Below the pieces are notes generated by a model that saw nothing but the letters and a program-made list of their open reading frames with translations, did no database searches and was not told the origin of the DNA. 64,000 nt of DNA from the NCBI GenBank assembly GCA_964600575.1, contig CAZRJH010000004.1, positions 6,711 through 70,710 of the forward strand, in the 5' to 3' direction. Position numbers and translations under genes: made by a program. Of the stretch, positions 17,477 through 26,649 are shown piece after piece (position 1 is the stretch's first letter; every line of letters begins with the position of its first letter). The DNA comes from an uncultured Gammaproteobacteria bacterium (GTDB taxonomy: Bacteria > Patescibacteriota > Microgenomatia > UBA8517).

Positions 17477-18775
17477 CTAACGTAGGGATGCAATTGTTGC
17501 TTTGACTTTGGCGTCTTTGAGGTTTCTTCCTGCTGTTCCCGGGGTAACATGACCCGAGATAACTTCGTCCCAAACTGCATCCGCAATTGCGCTTGCGGAT
17601 TCGCCGCCTGCTTGTGTTTCTATGAATGTACCGGTACCTAAGTCTCGGGTGGGTGCTACAGTGTTTCCAGAGAATGTGTGATTAAGTCTAACGCCCGTTC
17701 TTGTTACACTGCTACCTACATCTATACCGTAGCCTGTATTGTTGAAAATAAGATTTGTTTCAAAAATATTATCCGAGACACCGGACCCGGAAAGGTCAAC
17801 CCCGTCGGCGCCGTTACCGGACAATATACACTGCCTCACATTTAACTTGGTTGTAGATGCACCTATTTTTATTCCGGTTCCCGCAGTGTCTTCTATGGCA
17901 CAGGTGTCTATTTGGGTTCTCGAAGAACTCGAGATGTCGATTCCGTTGCCTGTGGTGGATTTTACCCAACAATTTTTGATTAAACAGTTATCTCCGGTGA
18001 TTGTTATTCCGTTATCTGTGCCTCCCGCTGCAGTTTGTACATAAAAACCTTCGAACTCTACCGTATCTGCACTAATGTTTACTGTGGCCGCTCCGCTTGT
18101 TGTGGGCACAAGTTGGAATTGGTAACCTGCACCTCTAACTTTTAGACCGGCTTTTGTAATTGTAAGTTTTTCGGTGGTTGTTGTTATTCCTCCGCTTGCT
18201 GTTGCCAGTGCAAAAATAATATCACCAGCACCCGCTGTTGCCAGAGTTTGTGCTTGTGCAAAAGTTGCGACTGCTTTTGCGGGAGTCAGGCCGTCACTGG
18301 CGTCGGAGCCGCTTGTCGGGTTCCAATAGTAAATTGTTCCAACGCTTCTGCTTCTGCCCCTTAAACTTTCGAGCATAAAGAGTGTCGCATAATCGGAGTC
18401 TGCCTGAATAATAGACGGGGAAGTGGACTGGGCAATGTTTACTTGAGTAAAAGCGGTTGGTTTAATGGGGTTGTTTGAATATTGATTTACGGCAACCAAA
18501 TTTCCACCCGATACGGTACAAAGAATTGTATCGGGGCCGGACCTTGCCTCGAATGCTATTCTCCAATCGTTGATTAGCTCTAAAGTTATTCCGATGTAAG
18601 CTCCGCCTCCTAGTGATTGTTTACCGTAGGCGTTTGCAATGTGTCCGTAGTCCATGTTGGTTATTGTTGCTTCGTATACGCGTATTTGATTCACAAGGTC
18701 CTGGATTGTTACGGTTGTTTGGGGTGCGTCAACCTGAATAACTTTTTCGTATTTAAAAAATGTAAGATTTGCCAT
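17477..18775 (-). CDS. Right-handed beta-helix (pectin-lyase-fold) protein, phage tail-fibre/tailspike-like
   Basis: 432 aa with no signal peptide. It has repeated GNGIDISSSS, GTGIKIGAS, GADGVDLSGSG and GYGIDVGSS beta-helix rungs and an N-terminal about 110-aa domain. Confidence 0.55.
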   Translation of the reverse strand: MANLTFFKYEKVIQVDAPQTTVTIQDLVNQIRVYEATITNMDYGHIANAYGKQSLGGGAYIGITLELINDWRIAFEARSGPDTILCTVSGGNLVAVNQYSNNPIKPTAFTQVNIAQSTSPSIIQADSDYATLFMLESLRGRSRSVGTIYYWNPTSGSDASDGLTPAKAVATFAQAQTLATAGAGDIIFALATASGGITTTTEKLTITKAGLKVRGAGYQFQLVPTTSGAATVNISADTVEFEGFYVQTAAGGTDNGITITGDNCLIKNCWVKSTTGNGIDISSSSRTQIDTCAIEDTAGTGIKIGASTTKLNVRQCILSGNGADGVDLSGSGVSDNIFETNLIFNNTGYGIDVGSSVTRTGVRLNHTFSGNTVAPTRDLGTGTFIETQAGGESASAIADAVWDEVISGHVTPGTAGRNLKDAKVKATIASLR

Positions 18776-18780
18776 TTTGT

Positions 18781-19701
18781 TTAGTCTGCAAAAGCCGATA
18801 CTTTAACTGTCGGTATCAGATGTCCAAGTTCGTTTTTGTAGGAAATATCCGGATGTACCTTAAGAGCAAGAAAATCGGTGATGCCGATTTTATCTAGCAA
18901 AGATTCTCCCTTATCCATTTTAATTTCAGTTGAGTTTTCTTGTACAAAAGCTTGCTTACCTGCTTCATATCTAAAGTATATTCTTTCGATTATGGTTTGT
19001 TGCTTTAGCTTTTTTAAGTTAAAACCGGACATATTTATTACATTAACTTTAGACGATTGTGTGCCGTAGAAAGACAAAGGAATAAGGCCTTTGTCAAAAA
19101 GTGCTACAAAGTGTCCGATATGCTTGGCTATGGGGAGTGCAAATTCTTTTTGATCAATACTTGTTTGCGGGTTTTCTTTTAGATATTCCATAAGATGTCT
19201 GTTTATCAAATAAATTTGTCCGTTTTTATCTTGTGCAAAAAACACAAAGCTGTTGTTTAGTTGGAAAAGGGGAGTAAGTTTGTATCTACTAAAGATCCTA
19301 AGTGTTGGTGAATCGAGGTCGTTAACATTGATAGTTAAAAGGTTAGCATCGTTTACCAAAAAAGATTGTGTTTGGGGGTCGAATATCCTGAGTCCTATAT
19401 TTTTGGTTACATTTTTGAGGAGGTTTAGAGAAATACCGTCGTTCCAATCACAAGTCAAAGTGATGTGATTTGAGATACTGGTATCTGTTAAATCATGTTT
19501 AATATTAGTGTTTAGTGACGCTGTTAACGGGGTGCCTAGGTAAAAAATCGTTGCAAAATCGTCCCCCGATTTTTTTACCTCAATCTCTCCCGTAAAGGTA
19601 ATAAGGTAATCGATTATCTTTTGCAAGTTCTCTTTTGGGCTTACCTCCATTCTGTCCACCATAAGGTGGTACTTTACCTGTTTGTCTAAATTGTAGAGCA
19701 T
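18781..19701 (-). CDS. Hypothetical protein (306 aa)
   Basis: ORF co-directional and nearly abutting neighbours (5-nt gap). No motif recognised. Confidence 0.55.
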   Translation of the reverse strand: MLYNLDKQVKYHLMVDRMEVSPKENLQKIIDYLITFTGEIEVKKSGDDFATIFYLGTPLTASLNTNIKHDLTDTSISNHITLTCDWNDGISLNLLKNVTKNIGLRIFDPQTQSFLVNDANLLTINVNDLDSPTLRIFSRYKLTPLFQLNNSFVFFAQDKNGQIYLINRHLMEYLKENPQTSIDQKEFALPIAKHIGHFVALFDKGLIPLSFYGTQSSKVNVINMSGFNLKKLKQQTIIERIYFRYEAGKQAFVQENSTEIKMDKGESLLDKIGITDFLALKVHPDISYKNELGHLIPTVKVSAFAD

Positions 19702-20067
19702 TTAATTTAGGGTTCGTTTTAGTTTTTTGTAGTATCTGGCTTCTTTTATGTCAGCCTTTAGGGCGTTTATCATTCCCTGAACACGCTTTTTTTCGGTTAA
19801 TTCTTTAGCGATCGCCTCTTTAAATATTTGGATGTTGGCGTCGATTTTCTTTTTGTAGTTTACAAGGTCTTTGACCCCAAAACTTCTATCTATTATTACT
19901 TTATTCGGGTCGTAATTGGGACTAAAAATAATTTTACTTTTTCTTTCGCCGTCTTTTTTTGCAATAACCTTAGAAATATCTCCTTGGTTGGGTGGTGATT
20001 TTTTGCCTTTGGGGGATTTTGCTCCCGAAGAAACCCGGGAAGATTTATTTTTTTTACTTGTTGGCAT
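19702..20067 (-). CDS. Lysine-rich small basic protein (121 aa), hypothetical
   Basis: About 25% Lys or Arg. Its stop abuts the start of the next gene. Confidence 0.5.
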   Translation of the reverse strand: MPTSKKNKSSRVSSGAKSPKGKKSPPNQGDISKVIAKKDGERKSKIIFSPNYDPNKVIIDRSFGVKDLVNYKKKIDANIQIFKEAIAKELTEKKRVQGMINALKADIKEARYYKKLKRTLN

Positions 20068-20233
20068 CTATTATTGCAATTATCTGGTAAAGCCTTTGAA
20101 TTTCGCGTTCCTCTTGCATAATCTGATCCTGAAAAATTTTTAGATTTTTCTTTCTTCTTTCTACTTCTGCCACAACCGAGTCTTTGTCGTACCGCATAGC
20201 TTCTTCTTTGGTAACGGGTTTATAGGGGTCCAT
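20054..20233 (-). CDS. Small hypothetical protein (59 aa), translationally coupled to 19702..20067
   Basis: ATG-initiated ORF MDPYKPVTKEEAMRYDKDSVVAEVERRKKNLKIFQDQIMQEEREIQRLYQIIAIIDANK overlaps the downstream start by 14 nt. It is below the ORF-track cutoff. Confidence 0.3.
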   Translation of the reverse strand: MDPYKPVTKEEAMRYDKDSVVAEVERRKKNLKIFQDQIMQEEREIQRLYQIIAIIDANK

Positions 20234-20287
20234 AACAAGAACATATTAACATATGGGTAAAATATTCAAAAGAAGTTTACGGTGAAG

Positions 20288-20713
20288 TTATTTGAATCTG
20301 TCCCAAAATCCCTTTTTCTTTTCTTCGTCGATTTCTTCTTGGGTTTTTTTGCTTACAAATCTACCACCGGGGCCGCGTGTAACTCTGGTCTGGGGGGTAG
20401 ACGGATCTCCTTTTGATTCTTCCTGGGCCAGTTCTTCGGCGGCTTCTCCCGCATCCTCTACCTCTTTTTGGTACTCTTCTTTGTCTTGAAACAAATCGCG
20501 TTCCTCCGCTTTATCGATTTTTGCCAGTTTGTCCTTTTTTGCCTGAGCTAAATTTTTCTCAAGATTTGCCAAGTGGTTGTCTATAGCGCTCTTAAGCTTA
20601 TTTTCGGAAGATTCACGGAATATAACAACCTCGGCTCGGTTTCTGGCGATATAAATAATTTTATTGCCGTTAAGGGATTGGGATATGCTGTAACCTTTAT
20701 ATGTATTGGCCAT
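20288..20713 (-). CDS. Hypothetical acidic coiled-coil protein (141 aa)
   Basis: ORF 7 nt downstream of the giant gene. Confidence 0.5.
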   Translation of the reverse strand: MANTYKGYSISQSLNGNKIIYIARNRAEVVIFRESSENKLKSAIDNHLANLEKNLAQAKKDKLAKIDKAEERDLFQDKEEYQKEVEDAGEAAEELAQEESKGDPSTPQTRVTRGPGGRFVSKKTQEEIDEEKKKGFWDRFK

Positions 20714-20719
20714 CTAAGT

Positions 20720-23665
20720 TTAAGTAATGATTGTATCAGATGTTCTAACGATACTAACCGTCATACCTGTTGTGGTGACGGTTGAGTCTGATTCGTAAGG
20801 CAAAATAGGGGAGCTGCCTGCGGTTGATCTTCTGGCACGGACTCTAACAGGAATATCCGCACTGTAAGTAATAGTTGCCTGTTCCGTTCCGGGTGTACCG
20901 TCGGAACCGGTTATTTCATAAGAGTCTATCATTGGCACATACCAGGTGTCTTGCGGGGATGTTGTTGTAGCAACGGGGAGTACATTTAATTTTATATTGT
21001 CTGCCGTTGTTTGCGAGGCAATGGCGGGGGAGATTGTGACAGTGTTGTTGTCTGTGACAACCGTAATATAAGAAACTGCATTACCTCTGGTTACATTAAC
21101 TACCAAGTCGCCTACTTTAGAGCTTGCAAAAGCGCCGGTCTCTACGATTGTTGTGGTGTTTGTTCCTGAATCGGCAGATGCAATGTCGCTACTCGCAAGA
21201 GTAAATGTTGTTCCTGTCCAGCTCGAAAATCTTATACGGTACTCTGCATTTGCAGAGGTATCAACAAGTCTTATAACTCCACCCGCGTTTCTTCCAGGTT
21301 CGTCAACTGTTATAGAAGATCCCATTACGGCGGTTGTTGCCAAGGCGGATTGAACTGTGGCGTTGTATCTGTTTTTGATAATGTTTCCGCCCGAACCATC
21401 CAGTCTAAAGACGGCAATTTTATCGCCGCTTCTGGTGTTGCTTACGGTAATGGTAACTTTGGTAGGTGCAACCACCACATTGTTGTTGTCGTCTGTCAGC
21501 TGGAAGTTGTTAAGGTCTGAGCTAAGATAATCGGTAAGAACCAAACCCGGAGCACAGAAAAACTTTCCTCCTGCGAATGTACCCATGGGTGCGGCTGCTA
21601 CCGGTGTAATTGACGCAACGGGTGTGGCGCCGGTTATCGTTACATAGTTTGAACCGTCTACTTGAATGTTATTTACCTGGTTAAAAGTTCCCCTGGCGTT
21701 TCTAAGGATAAGAATTTTGTCCGTGGTGTTGTGGTTAACCACTGTTCCTGTAAATCCGGAAGAAACCTGTGTAACAGTTGCACCGTCTGCAATGGAACCT
21801 GTGATTGTATCGTAGATAATACGGGTGTCGTTTCCCAGGTAAAACTGCCCTTCAATGGTTTGTGAACCGGAATCAATGTCTGCAGTAGAACCCCGCCTGG
21901 TTACATACTTTGTCCACTGATAAACCTTGCCTAGGGAATTTTGATTACAGTCAAGAGTAATGGAGTAGTTTTCTGCGGTCCCGTTTTCGTCAATGTCGTT
22001 TGAGCCTCCCGTTGCTAGACCTCCAAATGTAAGAGTAGGGGGTGTGCCGCTTTCGAAGAAGGTTGTACCCGAAGTCGTTGCAGGCCCTGCATCTGCGGGA
22101 GTTCCTGCCGTACAAGTAGCATCACCATCTGCGGTTCCTGTGTATTCTACAATTGCGTCGGAATTTGCAAAGTCGGTGACAGGGTCTCCAATTAAATAGT
22201 AGGTGAGTACAGGAGATGCACCAGTGCCTCCCACGGCAGTAAGCTTGCCTCTCTTTGTTGCTGTTGCCCATGTGCCGCCAACATAAATATAGTTACCCGA
22301 GTTAAAAGTTCCGGATCCCGACGATCCAGTGAAGGATCTATATCCTGTTTGATTATCAAGGTCGTTACCCGTCTGCAAAGGAATAGGGTTACGTCCTCCC
22401 GAGGTTAAATCCACCGAGTAGTACGAATAAGTCTTGCTGTACTGGCGGGCGTAAACATAAATGTAGCCTTCGTCTGTTTCTGTACCCAACTCTTTAACAT
22501 TTACCAAAATATCTATGTGGTCGGTTGTAAGGCCTGTTGTTTGATCGCTCCACCAATCGGTTGTGCCTTTGTAAGCCACCATGTTCGCAGCGTTTTGCCT
22601 AATGTAAATGTGGGTGTAAGTTTCGATTGTACCGATGGAGTAGATGTTGGCCCAGAGTGATTCTCCGCCGGATACCGCTGCTGCGGATTGAGTGGCCGAT
22701 CCGATTCCGCCGATAAAACCCTGATCTAAAACGGGGTTGGTGGAATAAGTTCCCGCTACAAGTGCCCTGATATAAAACAAACTTTGCGATCCGTTTAAGG
22801 ATGTTGCAACCCAATCGCTTGGTACTGTAAAAGTTAGTACTTTGCCGTCGCCAACCGATGCGGTAAATCCGCTTGTTGCGTCCGAAACTCCGGACAAAGC
22901 CGTCCAGGAACCGTTCCAATACTGCCAGGTCACGCTTCCTCCCACTCCCGCTGTTCCGTTTGCGTAATCAAAAATAACTTTTTTGAATTTTTGTGTAAAA
23001 CCGATTGCACAATAATCGGAGGTATCCTCCGAAGCGGGGAAGACCTGCCAGTCAGCGTTACCCGCACTATTTGCATCGGTTGATTCGTCAACAAATGTTG
23101 TATTGTCCACCTGCCAAACTTGGCTCATAGTGGAGTTAGAAATTGCGATTGTCCCGCTCGTGGAATCCCAGTCGTTTCCTGACGCGCTGTCTGCCGGTCT
23201 TATCCAGGCAACCTTTGTGCCAAGAACAGTGTTAAAGTCTAAAAGTGTGCCGGAATCAAGTCCTGTGGCATTTGTAATTGTTCTACCAATATCTGTTGTA
23301 TCAAAATCAGTTCCACCTACGGTGTAGTTTATTTTTACAACACCAACATTTGTTCCTGTAACACGGTCCCAAGAAGCAGTTTTGAGAGCACCGCCCGTAA
23401 GATGTTCAACTGTGGTTCTGTCTATAAACCAGGGATCTTTATCTCCCGCATCGATAATTCCGATTGTGTACTCTGTAGGTGTCTGGGCGCTCATGGGAAC
23501 ACCGTCGTCCATCTGTCCGAGTTCGTCAAAGAGTTCTTGGAGAGCAGAGTAAAGTTGGTTAACAGTTCTTGTACCGGTAGAAGAACCGGTCCACTCAATT
23601 CTTTTCTGCCTGTTTTCGGCAGAATAATATACGGTAAAATCCCCGCTCAAGATTGTGTCAGACAT
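20720..23665 (-). CDS. Giant Gly/Thr/Ser-rich protein (981 aa), no signal peptide; tail-fibre/surface-like
   Basis: Uninterrupted 2.9 kb ORF. The N-terminal region is weakly similar to the N-terminus of 17477..18775. Confidence 0.65.
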   Translation of the reverse strand: MSDTILSGDFTVYYSAENRQKRIEWTGSSTGTRTVNQLYSALQELFDELGQMDDGVPMSAQTPTEYTIGIIDAGDKDPWFIDRTTVEHLTGGALKTASWDRVTGTNVGVVKINYTVGGTDFDTTDIGRTITNATGLDSGTLLDFNTVLGTKVAWIRPADSASGNDWDSTSGTIAISNSTMSQVWQVDNTTFVDESTDANSAGNADWQVFPASEDTSDYCAIGFTQKFKKVIFDYANGTAGVGGSVTWQYWNGSWTALSGVSDATSGFTASVGDGKVLTFTVPSDWVATSLNGSQSLFYIRALVAGTYSTNPVLDQGFIGGIGSATQSAAAVSGGESLWANIYSIGTIETYTHIYIRQNAANMVAYKGTTDWWSDQTTGLTTDHIDILVNVKELGTETDEGYIYVYARQYSKTYSYYSVDLTSGGRNPIPLQTGNDLDNQTGYRSFTGSSGSGTFNSGNYIYVGGTWATATKRGKLTAVGGTGASPVLTYYLIGDPVTDFANSDAIVEYTGTADGDATCTAGTPADAGPATTSGTTFFESGTPPTLTFGGLATGGSNDIDENGTAENYSITLDCNQNSLGKVYQWTKYVTRRGSTADIDSGSQTIEGQFYLGNDTRIIYDTITGSIADGATVTQVSSGFTGTVVNHNTTDKILILRNARGTFNQVNNIQVDGSNYVTITGATPVASITPVAAAPMGTFAGGKFFCAPGLVLTDYLSSDLNNFQLTDDNNNVVVAPTKVTITVSNTRSGDKIAVFRLDGSGGNIIKNRYNATVQSALATTAVMGSSITVDEPGRNAGGVIRLVDTSANAEYRIRFSSWTGTTFTLASSDIASADSGTNTTTIVETGAFASSKVGDLVVNVTRGNAVSYITVVTDNNTVTISPAIASQTTADNIKLNVLPVATTTSPQDTWYVPMIDSYEITGSDGTPGTEQATITYSADIPVRVRARRSTAGSSPILPYESDSTVTTTGMTVSIVRTSDTIIT

Positions 23666-23712
23666 AATACTTAGAACTTACCGCCTGTGTAGTGGCAGTG
23701 AAGTCTAAAATG

Positions 23713-23742
23713 AGTATAAGTAGGCCGTTCTTGGGGTGTCAA
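23713..23742 (-). promoter_or_regulatory. Sigma70-like promoter (TTGACA-18 nt-TATACT on the minus strand) upstream of the 981-aa gene, preceded by a tandem AATTGATATATTT direct repeat
   Basis: The reverse complement reads TTGACACCCCAAGAACGGCCTACTTATACT. The direct repeats lie at about 23763-23800. Confidence 0.35.
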
Positions 23743-23801
23743 TAGGGTTTATTTATTAACGCCGAAATTGATATATTTGAGTCGGAATTGATATATTTTT
23801 C

Positions 23802-26252
23802 TTAGGCAGTTGTGTCTTCTATTAGTGTTATAGTTGCAGAAAAACCCGAAGAAGAAATGGTTCCTGTTGTGGATGCTGGGTAATATTTTGTTGATCCGGT
23901 AGATGATTTTCTTACGCGTATATAAATATCGGTATCAGACGAATAGTTGAAGGTTGTTTTTGCTGTCCCGTTGGATGCTGTTCCGTTTCCCGAACCCACA
24001 CCTGTTGCTGTAAAAACTTCACCAACCGTATTACTTGCAGCACCAACTGCTGTAAAATCGGTCGTTCCAACACTAAGTATTATATATTTTGTTCCCACCA
24101 CAAAATTTCCTGCGGTTACCGTCTCTGTGTCCATGTTCATTAGTTGGGTATTGTCGCTAGACTTGTAAATTGCAGTTTGAGCATTTTCTACAGGGTAGTT
24201 TGTACTGTCTACAACGGTTACAGTGAGATAAACCGTATTATTAACTGTGGTTGATGCATTTGTACCGTTTCTGATTGTGGGGGTCGTGCCCCCATTCGTG
24301 ACATTAATTGTTACTAACCCTCCCGAATTGTTATAAACATCAGCAGTAGAACTGCCTTGGGCACCGCCTCCGCTAAAGTCTATATTGTCGAAAGTGTAGG
24401 TACCGGTTGCGGTGATTTCTATTGAATGTCCATTTGTATTATTTATGAAACTGCAATTAGATATCCTTTCCATTTCCGTCGTAGAGGTAACCGTCAAGGC
24501 TGTTGTTGAGTTACTGCTTACAATCGAACAGTTATCAAGGTATGTACCCGAAGCCAAAAAACCGTCGCAGTTCGACCAGACAATATCACTTAGATGAATG
24601 TCTGATACAAGTGTAACTGTTCCTGCACCTATTACAGTTAGTCCCGAAAAATCATATGTTGCAGAAGAGGACGAGCCTTCATTAAATCCCCAATGATATT
24701 TACTGGCACTGGAAACCAGAGAGTTCCTGTGTTTAATCGTATCGCCACTACCGGCGTAGTAGGTAATACCGGTGACATTATCAATAGAGTTGTAGGAAAC
24801 AAGTTTTGCATCGGCGTCATATTGTTTGGGGAATTCTAAAGCGGTGTCGTTAAAGTCCATATATAAAGGATTTGTTCCTCCGTCGCCAAATTGAACTGGC
24901 CCCAGAATTAAGGCCTGATTTGCGCCCTGCTGGATTATCGACCTTCTTTCGTGACCGTTGGATCCCGCCAACCTCATACCTGCTATGTTTAGCGGTTCGG
25001 AGGAATTACCGCCAGCTATGGTGACCGTATCCAGCATCCACAACGAATAAAAGTCCCAGATTGTAGTTGAAACACCAATTCCTGAAACCCAGAAACCAAA
25101 TGCTGCAATAGATGAAGGGTCTAGTGTTCCCGCAGTTGCTTTTGTATTTCCCGCAGCCTCGTTTATAACCAGAGGCAGGTCACGTGCGGTGTATTCCGGG
25201 CTGTCAACTCCTCTTACTTGCCAAATCTTATAATCGGTTGCAGAGCCTGATCTCATACCTGCCCAAATTCCCCGGCCTGACGCGATTCCTGAAAAGCGTT
25301 GGATTTGTCCTGCCGTACTTGGGCCGTTGTGAACTAAAATATTTTTGCCGGTAACATCTGGTTTGTTGCCCGTTGCAAGTACAAGCTCTGCACCGCTCAT
25401 GTTTTTTGTTGCCGAGGTGGTTGTAAGTCTACCAACAGAATGGAACGAATTTAAACCTACGTCAGCAGCAGCTGCGGTTGTAGCATCATCAGCAGTTTTT
25501 CCGCCAAGGCTTGTCCCAAAACCTGTATCGGCCGTTGCTGCAAGGGCAGTATCTCCGTTAAATGCAGTAACTCCATTAATTGGGTTTATATAAGTTGAGG
25601 AGTCAGCTGTACAATAAACGGGAATTACAGTTGCGCCCCCCGAAGGTGCTGCTATTTGAATAGTGGCGTCGACCCCTGTAACGCTTGCAGTGTTTGAACA
25701 GACCACATTTGACGGAGTTGTTCCGGATGTGGGTTGAAACCCCCAACCAACTCCGTCTGCGTGCGCCGATCCGTCGGCGCCATAAAGCAAAGTAACAGGA
25801 CCTTCTATCAATGAGGGTATAGATGCTGTGGTGTTCGATACTACATATAAAACCAAGGAATTATCTACTGTTGTAGAAATTGTTTGCATGCTGAATTTGT
25901 ATGATCCGGAATGGTTGTGGGTTGTATATGTTGGTGTGCTGCCGAATGGGTTTGTTGTATCGATATCCCTTACGGAAATAAGTGAGCAATTGAAAGTTTC
26001 AGAGCTTGTTCTAGTGAAGGTAGGGTCGGACTCACTTGAACCCGCAATCTTGTACATAACCGTTAGTTGAGTTGTGTTTGCAACGGAAAAAAGCTGAGTC
26101 CATCCGCTTGATGACCAGGTTCCTGTACCAGTATCGGCAGATAGGATTGCCAACAATAAATCATTTTGTACAAAATCAGGCATTGGTGGAGTAATGGTTG
26201 TTCCTGAAGTAGTGGTGGTATAGGTCCAAGACCAGTCTCTTATTGCAGGCAT
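23802..26252 (-). CDS. Giant Thr/Gly/Ser-rich protein (816 aa), paralogue of 28405..32118
   Basis: Shares the N-terminus MPA(I/L)RD(W/F)xW, the central ASGRG(I/F)W(A/F)GMRS motif and a conserved C-terminal domain of about 120 aa (...TETVTAGxFVxGxxYxIxxVGTTDFT...IYIRVRKSS...) with the 1237-aa protein. Confidence 0.7.
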   Translation of the reverse strand: MPAIRDWSWTYTTTTSGTTITPPMPDFVQNDLLLAILSADTGTGTWSSSGWTQLFSVANTTQLTVMYKIAGSSESDPTFTRTSSETFNCSLISVRDIDTTNPFGSTPTYTTHNHSGSYKFSMQTISTTVDNSLVLYVVSNTTASIPSLIEGPVTLLYGADGSAHADGVGWGFQPTSGTTPSNVVCSNTASVTGVDATIQIAAPSGGATVIPVYCTADSSTYINPINGVTAFNGDTALAATADTGFGTSLGGKTADDATTAAAADVGLNSFHSVGRLTTTSATKNMSGAELVLATGNKPDVTGKNILVHNGPSTAGQIQRFSGIASGRGIWAGMRSGSATDYKIWQVRGVDSPEYTARDLPLVINEAAGNTKATAGTLDPSSIAAFGFWVSGIGVSTTIWDFYSLWMLDTVTIAGGNSSEPLNIAGMRLAGSNGHERRSIIQQGANQALILGPVQFGDGGTNPLYMDFNDTALEFPKQYDADAKLVSYNSIDNVTGITYYAGSGDTIKHRNSLVSSASKYHWGFNEGSSSSATYDFSGLTVIGAGTVTLVSDIHLSDIVWSNCDGFLASGTYLDNCSIVSSNSTTALTVTSTTEMERISNCSFINNTNGHSIEITATGTYTFDNIDFSGGGAQGSSTADVYNNSGGLVTINVTNGGTTPTIRNGTNASTTVNNTVYLTVTVVDSTNYPVENAQTAIYKSSDNTQLMNMDTETVTAGNFVVGTKYIILSVGTTDFTAVGAASNTVGEVFTATGVGSGNGTASNGTAKTTFNYSSDTDIYIRVRKSSTGSTKYYPASTTGTISSSGFSATITLIEDTTA

Positions 26253-26283
26253 ATTAAAAAAATGATATCACAGCCGAAGTTTG

Positions 26284-26646
26284 TCAGGACTTAACGTTCT
26301 TAAGAGTTTTCTTAACCAAAGCATCTAAATCCAAATCGCTTTTAACAATGTAGTCAGTTGCACCTCTTGTACCACCTTCTTCTTCAGGTAGATTGCTTGC
26401 AACAATAACAGGGATATTTTTTACGCTTTCGTCATTCTTTACCTTTCTCAGAAACTCGTAGCCGTCTATACCGGGAAGTAGAATGTCTAATACTATTACA
26501 TCAGGGATCCATTTTTTAAGGTTTTCTAGACCTTCTTCTGCAGTTCTAAATGATCTCACAACGAAGCCGGCTTCCTCAAATTTATATCTCATAGCTTTAC
26601 TTATAAACTTGTCGTCTTCGATAACCATTACTTTTGGTTTTTTCAT
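26284..26646 (-). CDS. Response regulator, stand-alone receiver (CheY-like) domain
   Basis: 120 aa with acidic pocket residues (IEDD..., VLDILLPGIDG) and a conserved Lys. Confidence 0.85.
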   Translation of the reverse strand: MKKPKVMVIEDDKFISKAMRYKFEEAGFVVRSFRTAEEGLENLKKWIPDVIVLDILLPGIDGYEFLRKVKNDESVKNIPVIVASNLPEEEGGTRGATDYIVKSDLDLDALVKKTLKNVKS

Positions 26647-26649
26647 TTT